Positions 57,018 to 63,984 of a DNA stretch of 64,000 bases are shown here, in pieces. Under the pieces are notes generated by a model, which worked only from the letters and a program-made list of their open reading frames with translations, searched no databases and was not told the DNA's origin. This DNA is from a virus. The translations under genes and the position numbers were made by a program. Numbering within the stretch: position 1 is the stretch's first letter; every line of letters begins with the position of its first letter. The stretch lies in the IMG/VR virus record IMGVR_UViG_3300045988_105796; one strand, 5' to 3'.

Positions 57018-57108
57018 GAATAAGGATTAAATTTATAGGTACATTTTTAACCTATAACCTTATTCATCCTTCGGATGAAAGTAACTACCTCGTAAACTCG
57101 GTAGTTAC
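57018..57108 (-). terminator. Three consecutive hairpins directly after (and overlapping) the methyltransferase stop codon
   Basis: Hairpin 1: GAATAAGG..TTATAGGT-loop-ACCTATAACCTTATTC (57018-57065). Hairpin 2: CATCC-TTC-GGATG (57065-57077). Hairpin 3: GTAACTACC-10 nt-GGTAGTTAC (57081-57108). Confidence 0.45.
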
Positions 57109-58109
57109 GATAGTAGACATTTCTTAAACCATTTACCTACTTGATATACAGATCCTTTAGCTATGGTATATCTTGCTTTATTCAACCAGTATAGATAATT
57201 ATCTTTATCCATGTAGATCTTATATTCATCTGGGAAACCCATGATATTTTTGAAATCCTTTATACCAAGAGGATAACCATCAGGTCTAAACTGTCTATCT
57301 GCAGGCCTTAAAGTCAATGGAGGTTTATCATACTCTAATCTATATACTCCAGGTAGAGTAGACATCTTAGCTGTCTTAATAGGCCATTTCTTTTCATCCT
57401 TGAAATCAGTTCTCCAAAGTTTCTTAATCTGTTTAACGGTAAGATTTTTCTTTTCAGGTAAAGCCCTATAATCATACATCGCTAATATTTTATTTAACGG
57501 CGGCATATAATTATCATTATTTTCCTTAAAATAGGGACATTCTAGTAATTTTCTAGAGCTTACAGGAGTGTCTACTCTAAATATATTGTCGAACTTATTT
57601 AAGTAACTCTTAGACTTAATTTTAATTCCTACAATAATTAACCTTTTCCTTGATACTTGTGAATTACCAAAATCTACTACAGAACGTTGATGATAAATTA
57701 ATTTATAACCGGGTACCTGTATTTCAAAAAATTCCTTTGGCAATAGAGTTACTAATCTTGGTAAATTCTCTAATAAGAAAACCTTAGGTCGGTATTTATT
57801 AATGGCCTGAATAACTAAATTCAAGGATTTATTCTCTTCTGGCTTACCTAATTGTTTAACTTTAGATAACCTCATTATAGAAGAAGCTCCACAATCTGGA
57901 CTTGATATAATTACATCAGCCTTAATATCTGGTAGTTCATTTCTCAAAAAAGGTATATCTCCAAAGTTCAACTTCCACTGTTCTTCATTCTTGGTATGAA
58001 ATACGGCTCTAGGTTCTATATTAGCAACTAAATTCTCTTTAAACGGAAACAGCAGGGCTCCTTGCCCTGCTGATACTCCTAAAACCCTTAAATGCTTCAT
58101 CGTAGACAA
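57105..58109 (-). CDS. DNA (cytosine-5)-methyltransferase-like protein with an atypical catalytic motif
   Basis: Motif I-like VLGVSAGQGALLFPF. Motif IV-like ISSPDCGASS (P-D-C instead of P-C). Motif VI LLENLPRLV. Motif VIII FGNSQVSRKRLIIVG. Confidence 0.6.
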   Translation of the reverse strand: MSTMKHLRVLGVSAGQGALLFPFKENLVANIEPRAVFHTKNEEQWKLNFGDIPFLRNELPDIKADVIISSPDCGASSIMRLSKVKQLGKPEENKSLNLVIQAINKYRPKVFLLENLPRLVTLLPKEFFEIQVPGYKLIYHQRSVVDFGNSQVSRKRLIIVGIKIKSKSYLNKFDNIFRVDTPVSSRKLLECPYFKENNDNYMPPLNKILAMYDYRALPEKKNLTVKQIKKLWRTDFKDEKKWPIKTAKMSTLPGVYRLEYDKPPLTLRPADRQFRPDGYPLGIKDFKNIMGFPDEYKIYMDKDNYLYWLNKARYTIAKGSVYQVGKWFKKCLLS

Positions 58110-58390
58110 ACTGAACTAATTCCTACTGCTACAAATGAGGCAAATACTGATACGATAAGCCATGGCCAAAAGAGTTTAACATACTCCTTCAAAGGCATAT
58201 CAGTATCAGAAACTACATAATTTACTACACCAAGCACTACAGTTACTACTGATGAAAGTAGAGCTGAGTACAAAATGATCAAACCATCTCCATCATAGGT
58301 ATGGAAATTGAACAAAAAGGTGAAGAAACCCACAAGTACACCCATAACTAACAGGGTGTACCACTTACAAAACCACTTAAATTGTTTCAT
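58097..58390 (-). CDS. Small membrane protein, 3 predicted TM segments (holin candidate)
   Basis: WYTLLVMGVLVGFFTFLF, LIILYSALLSSVVTVVLGVVNYVV and WLIVSVFASFVAVGISSV. Two genes downstream of the endolysin. Confidence 0.45.
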   Translation of the reverse strand: MKQFKWFCKWYTLLVMGVLVGFFTFLFNFHTYDGDGLIILYSALLSSVVTVVLGVVNYVVSDTDMPLKEYVKLFWPWLIVSVFASFVAVGISSVCLR

Positions 58391-58408
58391 TGTGATTAAA
58401 GATTAAAT

Positions 58409-58696
58409 TTATACTAGTGCTAATAAAGCCGAAATAATGATACCATAGAGACCATACTTAAGATCTACCTTATCAAAGAAATCATTAGGCTGTGAATCAT
58501 CCCATAATTCTTTAGCGTAGATAATAATTAAACCTATGGTAACACTTAAAAACCAATCTAGCCAAAATATACCAAATAACAAAGTACATATCTTAAAAGA
58601 TACTTCTGTTACTAAGTAACCTGCTATACCGTGCCATAGAAGTTCTTGATCTATTTTACATAACTTCTCGGCAATTTTTTGATAAAACTTTCTCAT
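58409..58696 (-). CDS. Small membrane protein (holin / lysis accessory candidate)
   Basis: Hydrophobic segments GIAGYLVTEVSFKICTLLFGIFWL, FLSVTIGLIIIY and LYGIIISALLALV. 4-nt overlap with the endolysin gene. Confidence 0.45.
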   Translation of the reverse strand: MRKFYQKIAEKLCKIDQELLWHGIAGYLVTEVSFKICTLLFGIFWLDWFLSVTIGLIIIYAKELWDDSQPNDFFDKVDLKYGLYGIIISALLALV

Positions 58697-59289
58697 CTGT
58701 AAGTGTCTTTATATTTAAGATAAGCTTGAGCTAATTTAGTATCATACTTATTAGCTGCATAAGAAGGACCATTATAAGATCTTGCAAAAGAAGCCCAGTT
58801 ATGGTTATTCAATGCTCCACATAACCGATTATTCTTTAAGAATCTGATAGTTAACATAAGTTGATCTTCTTCTGAAGATCTCATCTTACCTACAAATTCA
58901 TCAATATCTTTACAGTCACATTGAGCATAATTCATACCCAGTACCTGGAACATACCCCATGATGCAGATTTTAATGCTGCTGCCTGATTAATATTCATAG
59001 CGTTAGCTAATCTGATATGTTCTTTATCTCCTCCCAAGTATTTTGATCTATCCCACTTAGGATAAATTATATTAGGATATTGCCTACACAATTGATTCAG
59101 ACGAAGAGTATTTACTGATTGAGATAATATTCTGTAGAAGATATGTCCTTCGAATAAAATCTTAGGTTTACCATTTGGTAAGAAACCTCCCCCATTAGAT
59201 TCTACCTCTTTCACAGCTAATAATGCAGCAGGATCAATTTGATTTTTTCTAGCTATATCAGCTATTCTTTCATTAGTTAATTTTTCCAT
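58693..59289 (-). CDS. Endolysin, N-acetylmuramidase (DUF3380/PF11860-type)
   Basis: AVKEVESNGGGFLPNGKPKILFEGHIFYR and ASWGMFQVLGMNY match the DUF3380 muramidase signature. Confidence 0.75.
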   Translation of the reverse strand: MEKLTNERIADIARKNQIDPAALLAVKEVESNGGGFLPNGKPKILFEGHIFYRILSQSVNTLRLNQLCRQYPNIIYPKWDRSKYLGGDKEHIRLANAMNINQAAALKSASWGMFQVLGMNYAQCDCKDIDEFVGKMRSSEEDQLMLTIRFLKNNRLCGALNNHNWASFARSYNGPSYAANKYDTKLAQAYLKYKDTYR

Positions 59290-59446
59290 ATTTATGAAAT
59301 TGGTTTATATACCTTATAAGCAGTGAGTATTGCTGAAACTCTATCTAGATTGAGCTTAAACTATAGAATTATAACCAAATTATATGCAAAAATGACCTTA
59401 ATCTAACTACAGCCTACGCAAGGATTTAAGTTGTTATCACAGGTTC

Positions 59447-59482
59447 ATTGCATATATAAAATAAATTAGTTAAATTTGCAAT
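59447..59482 (+). promoter_or_regulatory. Bacteroidota-type promoter: -33 TTGCAT, 20-nt gap after TTG, -7 TAAATTTGCAAT
   Basis: Reads ATTGCATATATAAAATAAATTAGTTAAATTTGCAAT. The -7 box is at 59471-59478 and the ATG at 59513. Confidence 0.65.
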
Positions 59483-59512
59483 CAAATAAAATATTTATCA
59501 AACATTATTTAT

Positions 59513-59920
59513 ATGGAAATCTTAAAAACAAATGACCAAGTCCTCTATTATGATGGTAAAACTATCTTAGAGTTAACTACTGTAATTCAGGAATTAGAGG
59601 ATTCAACAGTTAAACTCAGCAATGGAGTTATCTGTAGTAATGAACCAGTTAAAAAATCTGGTAACTACAAAAGGAAAGATCACCTTAAAGGATCTAAGTT
59701 CCAAGGTTGGATCAAAAAATATGAAGGTCCTTTAGAGGATATTTACCAAGCCAATCTTTTCCTTAAAAGTTATAAGAAGAAGATTGATAATTTGAAGGTA
59801 GATCTTAATTGTATCAAACTATCAGATCTTATCTATGGTAATGTATCTGCCCAGGAAGTATTAAACATTAGTAAGTCACTCAATAAAATCATATCTAAAT
59901 GCAAACCGTTTGTAAAATAG
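59513..59920 (+). CDS. Hypothetical protein (first gene of the plus-strand early cluster)
   Basis: ORF track; host-type promoter upstream. Confidence 0.55.
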   Translation: MEILKTNDQVLYYDGKTILELTTVIQELEDSTVKLSNGVICSNEPVKKSGNYKRKDHLKGSKFQGWIKKYEGPLEDIYQANLFLKSYKKKIDNLKVDLNCIKLSDLIYGNVSAQEVLNISKSLNKIISKCKPFVK

Positions 59921-60105
59921 TACTCTGGATTTATCTTATATGTCTTCCAATTTCTCTAATTCTCACCGTAATAAGAGAATATCAGAATTATAAGGTTAAG
60001 GATGCTCCTAATAAAGTATTAGGATTCATATATCACTTCATCACCGTTTGGTTAATTACACCTTTCTTCGTAGTTCACTTAGTTACTAATAAAATAAGGA
60101 GATAA
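59899..60105 (+). CDS. Small membrane protein
   Basis: Two hydrophobic segments (IVLWIYLICLPISLILTVI and ITVWLITPFFVVHLV). Confidence 0.45.
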   Translation: MQTVCKIVLWIYLICLPISLILTVIREYQNYKVKDAPNKVLGFIYHFITVWLITPFFVVHLVTNKIRR

Positions 60106-60110
60106 AGATT

Positions 60111-60422
60111 ATGAGGTTATTTTTCGATAGGAATTTCAGGTTTGGGGGATACTCCCAAACCCCTCAGGAATTATTTGATGGGTACTCAAGGTTAGCTGGT
60201 ACTGGTTGCGTATGGGCATTTATCACTATCTTAGGACCTATGGTAGGAATAGGTATGTTATACCTATTGAATAAATCTGATAAGGAAGCTGCAGTATTAA
60301 GGGCAAAGGGAAGGAAAGGTCCTTATGCTACACCAGTTCCTAAATCAGACTATGCCTTAGCATGGTTTTATATCCTGGTAGGTATCATCTGCTGGGTAGG
60401 TATGTATAGTTATTTACGTTAA
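60111..60422 (+). CDS. Small membrane protein
   Basis: Hydrophobic segments CVWAFITILGPMVGIGMLYLL and LAWFYILVGIICWVGMY. SD-like AAGGAGA lies 8 nt upstream. Confidence 0.5.
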   Translation: MRLFFDRNFRFGGYSQTPQELFDGYSRLAGTGCVWAFITILGPMVGIGMLYLLNKSDKEAAVLRAKGRKGPYATPVPKSDYALAWFYILVGIICWVGMYSYLR

Positions 60423-60433
60423 AATTAAGTAGT

Positions 60434-60913
60434 ATGATTTGTAAGAAGTGTTTATGTAATTATGAGTTAGATGATTTTGATCCTAACTTACTGATCCCTA
60501 ATATTATGAAGGAAAAGGGGTTCTGTTTTAATTGTGCCTATTGGAGTTACCGTCATCAGAATCTGTATCATTTACCAGATTTTAAGAGACCGGAGGATTT
60601 AGGTTATGTAGAAACTAAATTAGCAACCCTAACTATTGCAGATACATTGCAGGTAGTGGATAATAACTTCGAAATGATTACCTTGCATATAAATAGGCCT
60701 GCTCCAATTAATATGAACCAGCAACCTATTTATCAAGTACAGGGTAAAGAGGGAACCTACCTATTCAACGTAAATAGGGTAACATTCCAAGGTAAGATTA
60801 GTCTTAAGGAACATTTTATACCTAATGCAATATGCTTAGATAATGATGTAGCTCTAGAATTAATTGATAGGCAGTCAACTAAAATCATTAACCATTTATA
60901 TTATAAGTTATGA
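60434..60913 (+). CDS. Hypothetical protein with N-terminal Cys cluster
   Basis: CKKCLC...CFNCAYW (possible zinc binding). Confidence 0.5.
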   Translation: MICKKCLCNYELDDFDPNLLIPNIMKEKGFCFNCAYWSYRHQNLYHLPDFKRPEDLGYVETKLATLTIADTLQVVDNNFEMITLHINRPAPINMNQQPIYQVQGKEGTYLFNVNRVTFQGKISLKEHFIPNAICLDNDVALELIDRQSTKIINHLYYKL

Positions 60914-61182
60914 AGTTCCGAGTAGTAGAAGTAGATAGTTATCATTCTAACGTTATTAAGGTTTGGTATGAATCTCCTAACCTTACCACTAATGATATCA
61001 TAGGTGAATTGGAGAAACGTTATGAAAGGGTATTAATAGATTTAGCAGAAAGCTATGACCTATTCCATAGGAGCAAGGATCTAGAGACCCAGTATACCGA
61101 AGATAACGTTACCTGGCATTATTATGGAGATACCTATATCGATTATGTAAATTCTAATTTATTTGAGGGTTATTTGAGATGA
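60910..61182 (+). CDS. Hypothetical protein
   Basis: ORF track; 4-nt overlaps on both sides. Confidence 0.5.
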   Translation: MKFRVVEVDSYHSNVIKVWYESPNLTTNDIIGELEKRYERVLIDLAESYDLFHRSKDLETQYTEDNVTWHYYGDTYIDYVNSNLFEGYLR

Positions 61183-61541
61183 TAGAAGTATATTGGTTAT
61201 TACATTGGGATAATGAACATCAGATGTTTATTGCCTATCCTAAATCTAAGGATTTAATAGAATCAAGTGATAAGAGTTTATATACCTTACTTGATAATAT
61301 AAGGAGGTATACAGTAAATAGAATGGATACTATTAATCACTATGGTAAGGATATATGTATTTATTACTATATTGATGAGGAATTTATGGATAGGGTTAAA
61401 GTATTAGAAGGTATGACCAAATTTAAGTTTAGTGTATTAGCTAAGTTTGTAGTAGTTTGGTTATTCGCTTTAGGTATTACTATCGGTTTGGTAGGTTATA
61501 TCCTGGTAATGTTGGGAGTTATTACCTTTTCAGGTTTATAG
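61179..61541 (+). CDS. Hypothetical protein with C-terminal TM anchor
   Basis: C-terminal FVVVWLFALGITIGLVGYILVMLGVITF. Confidence 0.5.
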   Translation: MIEVYWLLHWDNEHQMFIAYPKSKDLIESSDKSLYTLLDNIRRYTVNRMDTINHYGKDICIYYYIDEEFMDRVKVLEGMTKFKFSVLAKFVVVWLFALGITIGLVGYILVMLGVITFSGL

Positions 61542-61623
61542 GTTTTCAAGGAAGCCCTTAATACGAAGGCCTAAAATTTCCAGGCAGTAAAAACGGGGCA
61601 CGGTTAGTTGCAAATGTTAAAAA

Positions 61624-61676
61624 AGCATATAAAAATAAGGGATAAAAATATTTTTATATGCTTTTCTTTTTTTTTC
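61624..61676. terminator. Bidirectional terminator between convergent gene sets
   Basis: 13-bp perfect stem AGCATATAAAAAT-13 nt loop-ATTTTTATATGCT, followed by TTTTCTTTTTTTTTC. An A-run lies upstream for the opposite direction. Confidence 0.7.
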
Positions 61677-61686
61677 TGTTTGCTTA

Positions 61687-62154
61687 CTACTCTACTAAAT
61701 TAGAATAGTGAAGTAAAATATTATAATCAGTTACTTTGTTATAATTATCTAAATAAGGATAATTTATTTTCTTATAGTTTATTTCAGAAATTTCTCTATC
61801 TAAATAAAGAATATAATCTAATAATTTTTTATAGCTTAAATCATTTAATAACCACAAAAATTGTTCGTTTAATTTGTGGGTTTGTGGTATGTTTATAAAA
61901 ATACTTTTTGCTTTTATACTCAACAAATTATTTTCAATGATGTTAAATGTTATTTCTGTTTCTAATAACTGATTGAAGTAATTAATTATTTTGCGCAAAA
62001 ACATTTCACTATTATAGTTATTTGTTTTTACAAAATATAAAAATAATTGCTTTGTATAGCTATTAAATTCTTTTTGTGCTACTTTTGAAATAAAAGTATC
62101 TATTTTTTCACTTTTAGCATATACTTTTATTATTCTTTTTACGTCCCTATTCAT
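61687..62154 (-). CDS. Hypothetical protein in a very low-GC island
   Basis: ORF track. Local GC is clearly lower than the rest of the window (11 G+C in 61741-61800). Confidence 0.45.
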   Translation of the reverse strand: MNRDVKRIIKVYAKSEKIDTFISKVAQKEFNSYTKQLFLYFVKTNNYNSEMFLRKIINYFNQLLETEITFNIIENNLLSIKAKSIFINIPQTHKLNEQFLWLLNDLSYKKLLDYILYLDREISEINYKKINYPYLDNYNKVTDYNILLHYSNLVE

Positions 62155-62233
62155 ACCAAAAAAATTTTTTACGTCCTACAAACACACCTAATATATAACC
62201 TACTAATAAAGATATAATTATACTTTCTAACAT
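62147..62233 (-). CDS. Possible 28-aa hydrophobic micro-protein
   Basis: ATG at 62233-62231. Translates MLESIIISLLVGYILGVFVGRKKFFWYE. Overlaps the next ATG by 8 nt. Below the ORF-track size threshold. Confidence 0.3.
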   Translation of the reverse strand: MLESIIISLLVGYILGVFVGRKKFFWYE

Positions 62234-62286
62234 AGCTTTATTTTTTATATTAGAGTGCTTAAATTTAAGCACTCTAATAAATTAGT

Positions 62287-62694
62287 TTACTTTTTACAAA
62301 TATCTAAACCTTTTTGTAAAATTTCTTTTTTTTCTGTTTTTAAGTTCTCATTACAAACAGAACTTAAAGTGTAATCATTTGTAACGTAAACACTTTTATA
62401 AAAATCATTGAATGATTTTATTAATTTATTTTTTCTTTGGTCGTCTTTCTCATCAATTAGAGAAGAACAAAGAGAAAATAACGTGTTACGTAATTTTTTA
62501 CGTAAACTCTTTTTTTCTTTATCGCTGCAATTTTCAAAAATTGAAGTTTGATAAATACTTTCTCTTTTTGTACCTAAAGAAGTTTTCAAAAGTCCCTGCG
62601 TATCTTTTTGCAAATTTGCTAAAATATCTTTTGCAGATACTTTTGAGTTGTTAACTACGTTTACATTCTCTACTTTATTATTTTTCTTTGTCAT
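62287..62694 (-). CDS. Hypothetical Lys/Asn/Ser-rich protein (early gene by promoter context)
   Basis: ORF track; host-type promoter about 110 nt upstream. Confidence 0.5.
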   Translation of the reverse strand: MTKKNNKVENVNVVNNSKVSAKDILANLQKDTQGLLKTSLGTKRESIYQTSIFENCSDKEKKSLRKKLRNTLFSLCSSLIDEKDDQRKNKLIKSFNDFYKSVYVTNDYTLSSVCNENLKTEKKEILQKGLDICKK

Positions 62695-62798
62695 AAAATT
62701 GCTTTCTTTCGTTTTTTATTTTAATTAGTATTTTCAGTTAGACGATTGAAAGACTTTAGATGTTAACTAACTTTCTAATACTTTTGTTTTTTAATTAC

Positions 62799-62834
62799 AA
62801 TGCAAAGATACGGACTATTTTTTTATTATGCAAA
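62799..62834 (-). promoter_or_regulatory. Bacteroidota-type promoter: -33 TTGCAT, 20-nt gap after TTG, -7 TATCTTTGCATT
   Basis: The minus strand reads TTTGCATAATAAAAAAATAGTCCGTATCTTTGCATT. The -7 box is at 62803-62810. Confidence 0.55.
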
Positions 62835-62946
62835 TATTTTAGAGAAAATTTTTAGAAAAATCTTCATTTTTGATATAAATCAAGAAAAAATTTATTTTTT
62901 AATTTTTTAATTATAAAAATTTGCATATTTCAAAATTTATATTATT

Positions 62947-62969
62947 CACGTGCGTACGTGTATATACAT
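62947..62969. repeat. 23-nt perfectly alternating pyrimidine-purine tract (CACGTGCGTACGTGTATATACAT)
   Basis: Read directly. Contains the palindromes CACGTG and CGTACG. A related tract (CGTACGCGC..CGCATATACGCATATA) is at 56849-56874. Confidence 0.7.
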
Positions 62970-63182
62970 TATATAATATAGAATAGTATTTGAAAAATCT
63001 ATATAAACCCTTTTATTTGCGTTTTAAGCGTTTATTTTTTCAAAGAAGTATAATTTTATATCTAAAAATTTTTATAAGCTAATTTCTAATTTTATATATT
63101 TATCTAATTATATTTTTATTTTTTCAAATATTTATATTTTTAGATTTTTGCTTAAAAATGTAAATATATTTTTGCATAAAAA

Positions 63183-63310
63183 GTTGGCAGGGATGGGGAG
63201 GGGATTTGAGGCAAAGTTGTGTAAAATTGGGGCCATTGTTGGTGTATGGTAGTTTTTGTAAGGCGCCTTTATGGATAGTGGCAGGGGTTGTGGCCAAGCC
63301 GGCCCGGGTT
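63183..63310 (+). other. G-rich / C-poor block (about 130 nt) in an otherwise AT-rich non-coding region
   Basis: GGCAGGGATGGGGAGGGGATTTGAGG...GGCAGGGGTTGTGGCCAAGCCGGCCCGGG. By hand count roughly 55 G against 15 C on the plus strand. Confidence 0.7.
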
Positions 63311-63408
63311 TTGTGAAAAGTTCCTGTTAAATTTCGATTTTTCTTCTAAGCAATATATGTATATATGGAAGGTAGTTGGTAATGGGTAAAGTGTAAATTG
63401 ATAATTGG

Positions 63409-63566
63409 GTAACTCAGATAGGAACTGGGATAAGCTTTTTAGGTAACTTGGATTAGCGATATTTCAAATATTGGAGGGCTCATGGTATTAGTCTAGTGCT
63501 TTATATTATGCTTTATATTAATTTGCTTTGCCTGCAAACTTGCCTATTACTATGTAACTCAGATAG
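63409..63566. repeat. Iteron-like repeats: GTAACTCAGATAG x2 (63409-63421, 63554-63566), GGTAA/GGGTAA cluster, tandem TGCTTTATATTA x2 (63497-63520)
   Basis: Read directly from the sequence. Confidence 0.6.
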
Positions 63567-63615
63567 CGAAATTAGGAAATATATTAAGGCCATTAACTGT
63601 ACCTATGCTACATAT

Positions 63616-63648
63616 AATAAAAAGCCCTTATGAGGAATATCATAAGGG
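63616..63648 (-). terminator. Intrinsic terminator after the 89-aa acidic protein gene
   Basis: The minus strand reads CCCTTATGA-TATTCC-TCATAAGGG followed by CTTTTTATTAT. Confidence 0.7.
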
Positions 63649-63660
63649 TTAGAGTTGGAT

Positions 63661-63930
63661 TTACCAATTGAATGTGAAGGAATTGCCTTCTGGAGAAGCT
63701 TCCCAGTTAAAGTTGTATAGGAGTTCTGGATTTTCTGAGTGATCCATCCAGTTAGCGATGGTATCATCGAGTTCTGCCTGTTCGTCTTCTGTTAGAGAAG
63801 TGTAAGATCTGAATGTTAGAGAGTTCTCTGAGAGGTGAAAGTCATAGAATTCTTCTAGATTGTTTGATAGAGTAGAGATGAGTTCTAGAACTTCCTGTAG
63901 GATCTGGGGATTTAATTTAATTGTTTGCAT
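63661..63930 (-). CDS. Small strongly acidic protein (early gene by promoter context)
   Basis: ORF track. By hand count 17 Asp/Glu against 2 Lys/Arg in 89 aa. A host-type -7 box lies 47 nt upstream. Confidence 0.55.
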   Translation of the reverse strand: MQTIKLNPQILQEVLELISTLSNNLEEFYDFHLSENSLTFRSYTSLTEDEQAELDDTIANWMDHSENPELLYNFNWEASPEGNSFTFNW

Positions 63931-63972
63931 AATTGTAAAAATTTAATTTGTTAATACTATATTATTTAATCC

Positions 63973-63984
63973 ATTGCAAAGATA
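63973..63984 (-). promoter_or_regulatory. Bacteroidota-type -7 box TATCTTTGCAAT (the -33 element would lie beyond the window edge)
   Basis: The minus strand reads TATCTTTGCAATGG. Confidence 0.5.

Noticed and set aside
56990-57110. Possible tRNA or structured ncRNA in the hairpin cluster after the methyltransferase gene
   Set aside because: There is no cloverleaf: no acceptor-stem pairing of the ends and no GTTCRANYC T-loop. Three independent hairpins at a gene end are more simply a terminator or 3' UTR. This was only checked by eye, so a tRNAscan or Infernal run would be decisive.
59290-59446. Host-type promoter for the leftward lysis operon in the divergent intergenic region
   Set aside because: No CAAAnnTA (reverse-complement -7 box) with proper -33 spacing was found on the minus strand. 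Lysis and structural genes probably use a different, phage-specified signal.
62412-62654. 80-aa plus-strand ORF opposite 62287-62694
   Set aside because: The minus-strand ORF is longer and has a promoter and a proper ATG. The plus-strand translation is a Phe/Leu/Tyr-rich artefact of poly-T-rich DNA.
62911-62935. TTTGCATAT element at about 62919-62928 as another promoter
   Set aside because: It resembles the -33 half-site, but no TAnnTTTG box follows at the 20-nt spacing on either strand, and there is no downstream ORF.
63183-63210. G-quadruplex in GGCAGGGATGGGGAGGGGATTTGAGG
   Set aside because: Only three runs of three or more G are present. A fourth strand would need a GG run, giving at best a weak two-tetrad or bulged structure. 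The G-richness is reported but no G4 is claimed.
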